Below are positions 39,275 through 47,981 of a DNA stretch of 64,000 nt, in pieces (positions within the stretch are counted from its first letter, which is position 1; each line of letters begins with the position of its first letter). A program made the position numbers and the translations under genes. The DNA is taken from assembly GCA_965220745.1 (NCBI GenBank), contig CBDCQT010000012.1, positions 736,001 to 800,000 of the forward strand, read 5' to 3'. The stretch is from Alphaproteobacteria bacterium (lineage in GTDB: Bacteria; Pseudomonadota; Alphaproteobacteria; UBA828). The notes below the pieces were generated by a model that worked only from the letters and a program-made list of their open reading frames with translations, searched no databases and had not been told where the DNA came from.

Positions 39275-40171
39275 ATGGTCGAGACGCCCAACGAGCCCAT
39301 CGTCTACCTGAACGGTGATTTCGTGCCGCTCAGCGAGGCGAAGATATCCGTGCTGGACCAGGGGTTCCTGCTCGGCGACGGGGTCTTCGACGTGGTCTCG
39401 GCCTGGCGTGGATCGATCTTCAAGCTCGATGAGCACATCGACCGTTTCTTCGATTCGCTGCGCGCGACGCGGCTGGAAACCGCGATGACCCGCGACAATT
39501 GGCGCGCGGCGATCGTCCAGACCTGCCGGCGCAACGGGCTGCGCGACGCCAGCATCCGCTTCATCGTGACGCGCGGCGCGCCCAACGCCGTGGTCGCCGA
39601 CCCGCGCGACTTCGAGCCGACGCGGATCGTCTGGGCCGCGCCCTACATCTTCCTCGCCGACGAGGAGACGCGGCGCTCGGGGATTCGCCTTCACATCACC
39701 CACCTGCGGGCGTTCTCGCCGGACACGCTCGATGCCCGCTACAAGTGCCTCGACCGGCTGCATTCGCAGATGGCGCGGTTGGAAGCACTGGAGGCCGGCT
39801 ACGACGACGTGATCTGGCTCGACCAGGCCGGCTATGCCTGCGAGGGGCCAGCGTCGAACATCTTCGCGGTGAAGGACGGGGTGGTGCACACGCCGGGACG
39901 CAATGTGTTGCGCGGTATCACGCGACAGACCTTCATCGAGCTTGCCAGGGACGCCGGGCTCCCGCTCAGGGAATGCGATCTCACTGCTTTCGATCTCTAC
40001 GCCGCCGACGAGGTGTTTACCTGCAGCACCGCCGGTGGTGCCTTGGCGGTGCGCGAGATCGCCGGCCGCCGGTTGCCTCAGCCCTGCCCCGGCCCGGTCA
40101 CCGAGCGGCTCGACCGGCTCTACTGGGCGCTAAGGGACTCAGGGGCCCACGGCACGCCTGTGTTCGATTGA
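39275..40171 (+). CDS. PLP fold-type IV aminotransferase
   Basis: VYLNGDFVP..EAKISVLDQGF, catalytic Lys in ARYKC, EGPASNIF and LRGITR motifs. Start 39275 or 39266. Confidence 0.9.
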   Translation: MVETPNEPIVYLNGDFVPLSEAKISVLDQGFLLGDGVFDVVSAWRGSIFKLDEHIDRFFDSLRATRLETAMTRDNWRAAIVQTCRRNGLRDASIRFIVTRGAPNAVVADPRDFEPTRIVWAAPYIFLADEETRRSGIRLHITHLRAFSPDTLDARYKCLDRLHSQMARLEALEAGYDDVIWLDQAGYACEGPASNIFAVKDGVVHTPGRNVLRGITRQTFIELARDAGLPLRECDLTAFDLYAADEVFTCSTAGGALAVREIAGRRLPQPCPGPVTERLDRLYWALRDSGAHGTPVFD

Positions 40172-40174
40172 GCG

Positions 40175-41197
40175 TTACCGGCCGAATCTACTTGGGCCGC
40201 ATGGAGGGGGTTCCGCATAGGGCCCCCGGTCGTAGAGCGCCGCCTCGAAGGCACGCAGGCGCTTATAGACCGAGATCAGCTCGACGATAACTGTCCAGCT
40301 ATGAACGAGGTATTGGAACGAGCCTTCCACGCGCCCGAAAGCACGGACGATCTGCTGCATCACTCCGAGGGTGATGGCGCCGGCGACGATGGTCGGCGCC
40401 AGCGCGATATAGGGAACAAGAACGCCGAACTGGAGATACGACCACTTCGCGATATCGAAGTACATGTAATGGAAAAATAGTCTGAAGTAGTTTCGCCTGA
40501 CGTTGAAAAACAGCTCTCTCACCGTCGGCGGATCGGCGCGCTCTTCGTGGTCCTCGCCGTAAACCAGTTCCTTCCTGTAGGCGGCTTCCACCACCTGGTT
40601 GTTGAACTCCAATCCTGGAAGCCTGATGCCGACAACGGCGAGCACCGCCGTGCCGAACAGCGCAAAGATGATGGCGGCGTAGACCAGCGCATGATCCAGC
40701 TCGCCGATCACCGGCACCACCTTGATCGACTTCGAGAGCTGCCAGAGAATCGGCAGGAAGGCGATCAGTGTCATGACGGAATCGAGCAGACGGCTGCCCA
40801 GGGATTCCATGATGATCGCGAAGCGGCGGGTATCTTCCTGGATGCGCTGGCTTGCGCCTTCTATGTGCCGCAGGCGCTCCCAGCGGTCCATGTAGAAGTT
40901 GTTCATCGCGTGGCGCCAGCGGAACACCCAATGCTTGGTGAAGAAGCTGAGCATCACGGCGACGACAATGTAGATGCCAGCGATGCGACCGAAGGAGAGC
41001 AACAGCGTGTAGAACTCTTCGATGGTCATGCTGCCGGGTTCGCCCAGCGCCTTCTGGACACCGTCGTAGAATTCGCCGAACCATTCGTTGATCTGCACGT
41101 CGATCTGCACCTGATACCAGGTGCCGCCGATGATGATCGCCATGCCGCCCCAGGCCCAGAGCGACCATTCGCGCGAAAGAAAGAACGATCGAAACAT
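40175..41197 (-). CDS. sbmA: SbmA/BacA-like peptide transporter
   Basis: MFRSFF, HWVFRWR.AM, IEGASQRIQEDT, LPGLEFNNQVVEAAYRKELVYGED and ELISVYKRL motifs. Confidence 0.85.
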   Translation of the reverse strand: MFRSFFLSREWSLWAWGGMAIIIGGTWYQVQIDVQINEWFGEFYDGVQKALGEPGSMTIEEFYTLLLSFGRIAGIYIVVAVMLSFFTKHWVFRWRHAMNNFYMDRWERLRHIEGASQRIQEDTRRFAIIMESLGSRLLDSVMTLIAFLPILWQLSKSIKVVPVIGELDHALVYAAIIFALFGTAVLAVVGIRLPGLEFNNQVVEAAYRKELVYGEDHEERADPPTVRELFFNVRRNYFRLFFHYMYFDIAKWSYLQFGVLVPYIALAPTIVAGAITLGVMQQIVRAFGRVEGSFQYLVHSWTVIVELISVYKRLRAFEAALYDRGPYAEPPPCGPSRFGR

Positions 41198-41298
41198 GAA
41201 GCCTCCCGTGATCTTATGTCGGCCGCAAAAGCGTGATATGTCAAATTAACACTTTGTAATGTGAGAGTGATTCGTTATTTACTATCTGTTTCTGTGCG

Positions 41299-41314
41299 AT
41301 TTCTCATGAGAAAT
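41299..41314. promoter_or_regulatory. Perfect 16-bp palindrome (candidate operator) in the AT-rich region upstream of sbmA
   Basis: ATTTCTCATGAGAAAT, about 100 nt upstream of the sbmA start. Confidence 0.5.
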
Positions 41315-41429
41315 ATAGATGTATAGAAAAAAACACACAGTGGTGTCATCTTTTATTTTCCAATCACAAAGTATTGAGTGCCTGCTCTGGTAGAGGCGCG
41401 CGAGATACCGCCGATTGCGCCCGCGCCTT

Positions 41430-41885
41430 TCAGCCCCAATAGTGGCCGGTGGTGGCAATCACCAGGGTCACGACGCCGAGGGCCAGGTTGACGGTGATGA
41501 TCCAGCGAATGCCCTCGATCGCACGGCCGGCGGCTGGCAGCGTTCCCGCATCCAGCGCCTTCAGGAAGCGGCGATAGGGGCCGACGAGAAGCCAGAGGTA
41601 GAGCAGGGCCATCAGCACGCCGATGCCTTGCATCAGGTGTATCGACATGTCGATTGCGCCGAAGCCGCCGAACTCGACCAGGATCATCGCGTGCCCGGTC
41701 GCGAGCAGCGCCAGCACGGAGACGCCCACGGCCGGGAAGAAGCGCGCGAACACCCGGCGCCAGAGCGCGAGCCTGACCGCAGGCTCCAGCGGCCCGACCG
41801 CCGGCCGCAGCACGAGGAGCGCGAAGAACATGCCGCCCACCCAGACGACGGCGCTCAGGACATGGATCGTGAGTAGATAGGCCAT
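41430..41885 (-). CDS. CopD/DUF4149-like four-helix membrane protein
   Basis: HVLSAVVWVGGMFFA..VLRP motif; four hydrophobic segments. Confidence 0.8.
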   Translation of the reverse strand: MAYLLTIHVLSAVVWVGGMFFALLVLRPAVGPLEPAVRLALWRRVFARFFPAVGVSVLALLATGHAMILVEFGGFGAIDMSIHLMQGIGVLMALLYLWLLVGPYRRFLKALDAGTLPAAGRAIEGIRWIITVNLALGVVTLVIATTGHYWG

Positions 41886-41940
41886 GGCTCACCCTCGCTG
41901 GGTAGACGGCTGGTTCAAGGCAGGGACCGGGCGATGAGAG

Positions 41941-42201
41941 TCACGACGGTAGTTCGTCACCCGGCTCGGGCACCGAATCGGACGACCTGTTCAGATAGCG
42001 CGTCAAGTCGCCCTCGACCGCGCCTGCCGCTCGCTCCCTCAGGAAGGTCTCCGCGGTCTGGACGGCCCCGATCTTCTGCGCGACCGCCGCGACGATCCAC
42101 TGGTTGAGGGATACGCCGTCCTCTCGAGCAAGCCGTGCCGCCGTGTCCTTCAGGGATGCCGGCAATTGCAACGGATACTTGTAGCGCCGGGGATCGGTCA
42201 T
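41941..42201 (-). CDS. HicB-like / ribbon-helix-helix antitoxin
   Basis: YPLQLPASL...AREDGVSLNQWIVAAVAQKI pattern and P.PGDEL C-terminus. Confidence 0.8.
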   Translation of the reverse strand: MTDPRRYKYPLQLPASLKDTAARLAREDGVSLNQWIVAAVAQKIGAVQTAETFLRERAAGAVEGDLTRYLNRSSDSVPEPGDELPS

Positions 42202-42278
42202 GACGTCAGTCTCCTCACGATGTCGCCAGGGGTCACGATCTCAAGCCCCAAGTCCTGGATCGTGAGAAGATAGGCCAT
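42198..42278 (-). pseudogene. Chimeric 26-codon ORF: duplicated CopD-like start fused to a probable PIN-toxin C-terminal remnant
   Basis: Translates MAYLLTIQDLGLEIVTPGDIVRRLTS*; stop overlaps the antitoxin start (ATGA). GLEIVTPGDIVRRL resembles PIN-toxin C-termini. Confidence 0.6.
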
Positions 42279-42359
42279 GGTCGATCCTCACTGGCTCCCA
42301 AGGGCACGTAACACGGGATCGCGGTGGAGACCACGGTAAGCAAGTTACACGCCCGTCGA

Positions 42360-42389
42360 TTGACAAGTGCTCGGGCGGCGCTATCTAAT
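42360..42389 (+). promoter_or_regulatory. Candidate sigma70 promoter of erpA-xth
   Basis: TTGACA at 42360 with TATCTA/TCTAAT 16-18 nt downstream. Confidence 0.5.
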
Positions 42390-42421
42390 CCTCAGGAGTT
42401 CAGACGGGGCCAACCGACGCC

Positions 42422-42796
42422 ATGGCACGCTCATTCGACACAGTGGTACCGATCGCCGCCGGGGACGAGCAGATCACGCTCTCGGCCAGCGCCGCGCGGC
42501 GGATCGCGGTGCTGATCGCCGATGAGGCCGATGCGGGGACGATGCTGCGGGTCAGCGTCTCGGGCGGCGGCTGCTCGGGCTTCCAGTACGGCTTCGCCTT
42601 CGAGACCGAGCAGCGGCCGGACGACATCGCCATCGAGCGGGACGGCGTCGTGGCACTGGTGGACCGGGTCTCGGCCGGCTACATGGCGGGCTCGGAAATC
42701 GACTACGTGGAAGACCTGATCGGCGCCTCCTTCCAGGTGAAGAACCCGAACGCGGTTTCCGGCTGCGGCTGCGGCACGTCCTTCTCCCTCGTCTGA
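42422..42796 (+). CDS. erpA: Iron-sulfur cluster insertion protein (A-type carrier)
   Basis: GGGCSGFQY and NPNAVSGCGCGTSF motifs; erpA-xth order. Confidence 0.9.
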   Translation: MARSFDTVVPIAAGDEQITLSASAARRIAVLIADEADAGTMLRVSVSGGGCSGFQYGFAFETEQRPDDIAIERDGVVALVDRVSAGYMAGSEIDYVEDLIGASFQVKNPNAVSGCGCGTSFSLV

Positions 42797-42800
42797 GCCC

Positions 42801-43574
42801 GTGCTCAAGATCGCGACCTGGAACGTCAATTCCATCAAGGTCCGCCTGCCCGCCGTGCTGGAGTGGCTGAGCAGCGCCGAGCCCGACGTGGTGCTGCTGC
42901 AGGAGACCAAGTCGCTGGACGAGGCGTTTCCGCGACTCGAGATCGAAGACTGTGGCTACAATCTCGCCGTCCACGGGCAGAAGACCTACAACGGCGTCGC
43001 GATCCTGAGCAAACGGCCGCTGGAGGATGTTTTCATCGGGCTTCCGGGCGACGAGGAGGACGAGCAGGCGCGCTATGTCGAGGCCACCACCGGCGGCGTC
43101 CGGGTCGCCTCGATCTACCTGCCCAACGGCAATCCGGTCGCGACTGAGAAGTTTCCCTACAAGCTCGCATGGATGGACCGGCTCACCGCGCGCGCAGACG
43201 AACTGCTCGGCCATGAGGAGCCGGTCGTGCTCGGCGGCGACTACAACGTCATTCCGGCCGATCTCGACTGCTACGATCCGCAGGCTTGGCAGGACGATGC
43301 GCTGTGCCGGCTCGAGTCGCGCTCGCGCTTCCGCACGCTGCTCTATAGCGGCTATACGGAGGCGTACCGCACGCTGCACCCGTATCGGCGGGCCTATACC
43401 TTCTGGGACTATCAGGCCGGTCGCTGGCAGCGGGGCGAGGGGCTCCGGATTGACCACCTGCTGCTCTCGCCCGAGGCAGCGGACCGCCTGGAAGCCTGCG
43501 AGATCGACGAGGGGCCGCGCGGCGGCGTGAAGGCCTCCGACCACACGCCGATCTGGTGCGCGCTGCGGGAATGA
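42801..43574 (+). CDS. xth: Exodeoxyribonuclease III
   Basis: KIATWNVNS, LQETK, GQKTYNGVAILS, YLPNGN, GDYN, LRIDH and SDH motifs. Confidence 0.95.
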   Translation: MLKIATWNVNSIKVRLPAVLEWLSSAEPDVVLLQETKSLDEAFPRLEIEDCGYNLAVHGQKTYNGVAILSKRPLEDVFIGLPGDEEDEQARYVEATTGGVRVASIYLPNGNPVATEKFPYKLAWMDRLTARADELLGHEEPVVLGGDYNVIPADLDCYDPQAWQDDALCRLESRSRFRTLLYSGYTEAYRTLHPYRRAYTFWDYQAGRWQRGEGLRIDHLLLSPEAADRLEACEIDEGPRGGVKASDHTPIWCALRE

Positions 43575-44002
43575 GCGAGGCGCCCGTCATCGAGGGCGGC
43601 TGCCGCTGCGGTGCCGTGCGCTACCGGGCCGAAGGCGGGCCGCTCTGGGTTTCCCATTGCCACTGCGAGGAATGCCGGCGGTCGTCCGGCGCGCCGGTCT
43701 CGACCTTCCTCGGCGTGCGCGACACCGGGTTCGCCTTCGTCGCCGGCACGCCCGGCATCTACGATAGCTCGCCGGACGTCGTGCGGAAGTTCTGTGGCGC
43801 CTGCGGCACACCGCTCACCTACGAGGCGGCGGTCTACCCCGGCGAGGTCCACATCATGGCGGGCACGCTCGACGAGCCGGAAACCCTCGCGCCGGAGCGG
43901 CACGTCTTTCTTCGCGACAGCATGCCGTGGCTGCCGATCGCGGACGACCTTCCGCGGCACGACACCCTGCCGCGCGGCGTGCCTCGGGTTCCTCGCGGCT
44001 AA
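43571..44002 (+). CDS. GFA (glutathione-dependent formaldehyde-activating) family protein
   Basis: GGCRCGAVRY, CHCEECRR and FCGACGTPL motifs; ATGA overlap with xth. Confidence 0.88.
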   Translation: MSEAPVIEGGCRCGAVRYRAEGGPLWVSHCHCEECRRSSGAPVSTFLGVRDTGFAFVAGTPGIYDSSPDVVRKFCGACGTPLTYEAAVYPGEVHIMAGTLDEPETLAPERHVFLRDSMPWLPIADDLPRHDTLPRGVPRVPRG

Positions 44003-44078
44003 AGCGAGCCGCCTGGCTTCTTGACGGGAGAAATGTTGCGGGGCGAACGGCCTCGCCGCCCCGCGTCGCGTGGCCGCC

Positions 44079-44540
44079 TCAGGCGGCGGCGCGGAACATG
44101 CCGAATTCGTATTTCTTTTGCCCGGACGGGCCCTTGCTGTCCTTGGGCTCGCTGTCCACCTCGAAGTTCAGTTCGATGACCACCCCGCTCGGGTCGAGCA
44201 CGAAGAGTTGCCAGAGTCTGAAGTCCGGGATGTTCATCTGGCGCCACTCGCACTTGTGCTTCCTCAGCTTCTTCTTCATCTCGTCGAAGCCCGTCGCACG
44301 GAGCGCGATATGGTCTATCGGCGAGACCCGCTGGCTGTACTTGTAGTTCCCGCTGTGGGTCTTGGCGGGGTCGCCGCCGTAGATGTGGAACATGGTCTCG
44401 CCCATTTGGAGCCAGGCGCCGGGGAACGGGAATTCCGGGCGTTCGACCTGCTCCATGCCGAGCACGTCACGGTAGAACTTCACCGTCTCCTCAAGGTTCT
44501 TGGACTTGATGGCCACGTGGTGCAAGTCAAGCAAGGGCAT
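44079..44540 (-). CDS. VOC/glyoxalase family protein
   Basis: LHHVAI...FYRDVLG, RPEFPFPGAWL, IDHIAL and DPSGVVIELNF motifs; AGGAG RBS. Confidence 0.88.
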   Translation of the reverse strand: MPLLDLHHVAIKSKNLEETVKFYRDVLGMEQVERPEFPFPGAWLQMGETMFHIYGGDPAKTHSGNYKYSQRVSPIDHIALRATGFDEMKKKLRKHKCEWRQMNIPDFRLWQLFVLDPSGVVIELNFEVDSEPKDSKGPSGQKKYEFGMFRAAA

Positions 44541-44660
44541 GGCATCTCTCCTTCGCGCGCGCAGAGCGTGGCCGTATCTTAGCCCCTCAGCCGGGGGAGA
44601 CAACGGGCTATCGGCGGAAACGCGCCCGCCAGGCGCGGCGCATCGGAGGAGGAACGCGAC

Positions 44661-45635
44661 GTGAGTATGCTGCACGAGGACCTGATCGTCATCGACGGGC
44701 TCATCGTCTCTAACTGGTCGGAGGACGTGTTCCGCGACATGCGCAAGGGCGGGCTCACCGCCGCCAACTGTACCTGCTGCGTGTGGGAGGGCTTCGCCGA
44801 GACCATGGCCAACATCGCCCAGTGGAACGGCTGGTTCCGCGAGCACGACGACCTGATCGTCAAGGCGCGCACCACCGCCGACATCCGCAAGGCCAAGGAA
44901 GACGGGCGCACGGCGATCATCCTCGGCTTCCAGAACACCTCCGCCTTCGAGGACAAGCTGGGCGCGGTGCAGCTCTTCAAGGACGTGGGCGTCGGCATCG
45001 CCCAGCTCACCTACAACACGCAGAACCTCGCGGGCTCCGGCTGCTACGAGAGCCGCGATTCGGGGCTCAGCGACTGGGGCCGCGAGCTGGTGGCCGAGAT
45101 GAACCGGGTGGGGGTGCTGATCGACCTCAGCCACGTCGGCTCCAGGACGTCCGAGGAGACCATCCGAGAATCCGCCAAGCCCGTCGCCTACACCCACTGC
45201 CTGCCGTCCGCGCTCAAGCCGCACCCGCGCAACAAGGGCGACGGCGAGCTTCGCTTCATCGCAGAGCAGGGCGGCATGATCGGGGTCACCATGTTCCCGG
45301 CGTTTCTCAAGGGCGGCGAGAACTCGACGGTGGACGACTACGTGGAGGCGATCGAGCACGTGATCGGGGTCGCCGGCGAGGACTCGGTCGCCTTCGGCAC
45401 CGATTTCACCCAGGGATACGGCCAGGACTTCTTCGACTGGATCACCAACGACAAGGGCGACGCCCGCTCGCTCATCAAGTTCACCCCGCTCTCGAACCCC
45501 AAGGGCGTGGAGACCATCGGGCAACTCCCCAACCTCACGGCGGCCATGGAGCGCGCCGGCTGGACCGAGGGGCGCATCCGCAAGGTCATGGGCGAGAACT
45601 GGCTGCGCTTCCTCGCCGAGGTGTGGGGGGAGTGA
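44661..45635 (+). CDS. Membrane dipeptidase (peptidase M19) family hydrolase
   Basis: IVIDGL, QLTYN, EMNRVG..IDLSH, HPRNK and FGTDF motifs. Confidence 0.88.
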   Translation: MSMLHEDLIVIDGLIVSNWSEDVFRDMRKGGLTAANCTCCVWEGFAETMANIAQWNGWFREHDDLIVKARTTADIRKAKEDGRTAIILGFQNTSAFEDKLGAVQLFKDVGVGIAQLTYNTQNLAGSGCYESRDSGLSDWGRELVAEMNRVGVLIDLSHVGSRTSEETIRESAKPVAYTHCLPSALKPHPRNKGDGELRFIAEQGGMIGVTMFPAFLKGGENSTVDDYVEAIEHVIGVAGEDSVAFGTDFTQGYGQDFFDWITNDKGDARSLIKFTPLSNPKGVETIGQLPNLTAAMERAGWTEGRIRKVMGENWLRFLAEVWGE

Positions 45636-45639
45636 AGAG

Positions 45640-46263
45640 TTACGGTCTCAACGTCATGGTGCCATCGCGGACCTCGTAGCCGCTCAGGCGCTCGAGCGCG
45701 CTGATCCCGAGCAGCGAGTGCGGCAGGCGCTCGCCGTTGACCACGGCGCGCACGTTGCTCAGGCGGATGTCACCGAGCTCGAGCGAGCGGATGACGACCG
45801 GCGCGGCGCGCACGATGCCGCCGGCGGTGTGCAGGCGTTGGGAGAAGTTCAGCTCTGAGCGGTCGAAGCCGATGCGCTCGGCGTCGTCAGGGCTGAGCGC
45901 CACCAGGCTCGCGCCGGTATCGATCAGGAATCGGACCTCGGCGCCGTTCACGCGGGAATCGATGTAGAAGTGGCCGTCGCGGTGGGCGCGCACGCGCACG
46001 GCGCCCTCCTCGGTGGTCACCGCCGCGTAGGGGACGATCTCACCGCTCAGCCGGTTCACGAGGTCCGTGAGCTCGAAACGGTAGCTGTAGCCGATCGCGA
46101 GAATGCCCGCGAGCGCGAGCCAGATGGCTGCGTGGCGCAGCCGGCGCAGCAGCGCGCCGGGCGCGGGCTTTCGCGGCGGTGGCGGGGGCTGCGGAGACGA
46201 CCCCAGCCGATGCCAGCCGGTCTCCCGGCGCAAGCGGCTCCAGGGGCCGCGTTCGGCGCTCAT
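45640..46263 (-). CDS. Clan AA retropepsin-like aspartic protease, membrane-anchored
   Basis: DGHFY..VNG, FLIDTGAS and SLLG motifs; one N-terminal TM segment. Confidence 0.88.
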   Translation of the reverse strand: MSAERGPWSRLRRETGWHRLGSSPQPPPPPRKPAPGALLRRLRHAAIWLALAGILAIGYSYRFELTDLVNRLSGEIVPYAAVTTEEGAVRVRAHRDGHFYIDSRVNGAEVRFLIDTGASLVALSPDDAERIGFDRSELNFSQRLHTAGGIVRAAPVVIRSLELGDIRLSNVRAVVNGERLPHSLLGISALERLSGYEVRDGTMTLRP

Positions 46264-46544
46264 GGCCGGTCCGTCCGGACTACCCCACGACTCTCCCTCG
46301 CGCTGCGCGGAAGAGGCCCAAGCCAGCCTATCGCGATGCCGCCCATATGTACCGATCTGGTGTCGCGGAGCGGACTTTTCCAGTCGCAGCGCTCGGCCCG
46401 CGAACCGCTTAGGGACCATCTATTGGTTTTTTCTATGAGGGTGGCCTCTCTTTTGTATTTGGCATTATGGCTATGCCGATTACGTGAGTCCTCAAGAGAC
46501 GCCCTTCGGATTGTTCCCGGAGGGAAACGCGAGGACTCAGGAGC

Positions 46545-46799
46545 ATGGCCGTTTACGCAACGGGCACACGGTCAACGAATCCAATCGACGCGACGCGGTC
46601 CGCTTCGGCGGAGCCGATGCTTGTGGAACGCTCAGGCACCGACCTGGTGGTCCGCGCCCCGGCCGGACATGCGAAAAGGTCCACGTCGGAGGCCCGCGAC
46701 GGCGTGCGCGCGGCTGCCTCGGTCATGGGCTGGGTCCTGTGGATCTTGTTGGCGCTGACAATGGCGGCGTTCCTGGCCTTCGCGCCGTCGATGCTGTAG
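46545..46799 (+). CDS. Small hypothetical protein with a C-terminal transmembrane helix
   Basis: AGGAG RBS; fills an otherwise empty gap; hydrophobic tail VMGWVLWILLALTMAAFLAF. Confidence 0.55.
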   Translation: MAVYATGTRSTNPIDATRSASAEPMLVERSGTDLVVRAPAGHAKRSTSEARDGVRAAASVMGWVLWILLALTMAAFLAFAPSML

Positions 46800-46824
46800 C
46801 CGCCGGGCCGCGCGCTTTCCCGTC

Positions 46825-47838
46825 TCATCCGGGACCGCCCGAGCCGTCAGCCGCTGTCCCGGTCTCCTTCGCGGTCTTCGCCAGCAGGTGCGCGCCCGAG
46901 GTCGTCGGCGCGTAGCGGGGCGGCTCCTCCGGGCTCCGGCAGGTCGGCAGGCATTCGATCAGGGCGTCGTAATTCGGTTGGTGGAAGAAGGCGATGGAGG
47001 CGCGCCGGCTGCCCGCGCGCCGCTCCGCCGGCGGGTTGACCACACGGTGCAGCGTCGAGACCCAGCGGTCGTTGGTCCACTGCGCCATGAGGTCGCCGAG
47101 GTTGACGATGAAGGTGTCGGGCACGGGCGCGACATCGCTCCACGTCCCGTCGCCGCCGCGCACCTGCAGGCCACCGGCGGCTTCCGTCGCCAGCAGTATC
47201 GTGAGGCTGCCGTAGTCGGAGTGCGCGCCGGCGCGCAGCTGATCGGGCAGGGGAGGGCCCTCGGCCTCCGCATAGTGGTTGAGGCGCATGGCGGTGATGT
47301 GACGGTCGATCTTGTCGGCGAAGAACGTCTCGGGCATGTCGAGCGCCAGCGCGAAGATGCGCATGAGGATGTCTGCCAGGCGCTCCATCGCGCGGTAGTA
47401 GGCGCAGAGGCTCCGCCGGAAGCCGGGCGGTCGGGCGGGCCAGATGTTGGGCTCGAACCAGGTCTCGCGGTGGGCGCTGTAGTAGGGGGCCTCCGGCAGA
47501 TCAAAGCGCCCGAAGGTGAAGGCCTCGATCAGGTCGGGCGGCGACTCGCGGTCGAGGGTGTAGGCCAACGCGTTGCCGCCGACCGGCAGATAGCCCCGGC
47601 GAAAGTCGCCCTTCGCCGATATCCACCGGCGCTTCTCGGCATCGTCCAGGTCGAAGAACGCCCAGGTCGCCTCCAGGCAGTCGTCCACGGCTGCGGGCGG
47701 GACGCCGTGGCCGGCGACGATCAGGAAGCCGATGCGGCGGCAGGCCTCATCGACGGCCTTGGCCACGGCGGCCTTTTCGGCGCCGTCACCGCTCAGGAAC
47801 GGCGCGATGTCGACCACGGGAACGGCGCTCTCGCTCAT
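46825..47838 (-). CDS. Isopenicillin N synthase-like 2OG-Fe(II) dioxygenase
   Basis: VPVVDI, HSDYGSLTIL, NLGDLM..WTND.W.STLHRV and RASIAFF motifs. Confidence 0.92.
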   Translation of the reverse strand: MSESAVPVVDIAPFLSGDGAEKAAVAKAVDEACRRIGFLIVAGHGVPPAAVDDCLEATWAFFDLDDAEKRRWISAKGDFRRGYLPVGGNALAYTLDRESPPDLIEAFTFGRFDLPEAPYYSAHRETWFEPNIWPARPPGFRRSLCAYYRAMERLADILMRIFALALDMPETFFADKIDRHITAMRLNHYAEAEGPPLPDQLRAGAHSDYGSLTILLATEAAGGLQVRGGDGTWSDVAPVPDTFIVNLGDLMAQWTNDRWVSTLHRVVNPPAERRAGSRRASIAFFHQPNYDALIECLPTCRSPEEPPRYAPTTSGAHLLAKTAKETGTAADGSGGPG

Positions 47839-47981
47839 GGCGCGGTCATGGTGTCACGGCGGAGGGGATCGGGCCACACCGGACCACGCCCGTGCTCTTG
47901 CCGGCCGCGCCGCAATGAGGCAAACAGCCGCAGCGGAGGGGCTCCCGAACGACCCCGTCCGGAAGGGAGAACACGAGTACC

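Larger units (their letters stand above)
41863..42280. repeat. 25-bp direct repeat (41863-41887 and 42256-42280) bracketing a toxin-antitoxin remnant
   Basis: TGGATCGTGAG(T/A)AGATAGGCCATGG, one mismatch; corresponds to the first codons (MAYLLTI) of the CopD-like gene. Confidence 0.85.

Noticed and set aside
45640-46263. Retropepsin-like protease as evidence of a retroelement
   Set aside because: It is the common bacterial membrane-anchored clan AA protease; no reverse transcriptase or integrase is nearby.
46460-46477. Sigma54 promoter candidates (TGGCAT at 46460; TGGCAC at 28161)
   Set aside because: The required GG-N10-GC spacing is not met at either site.
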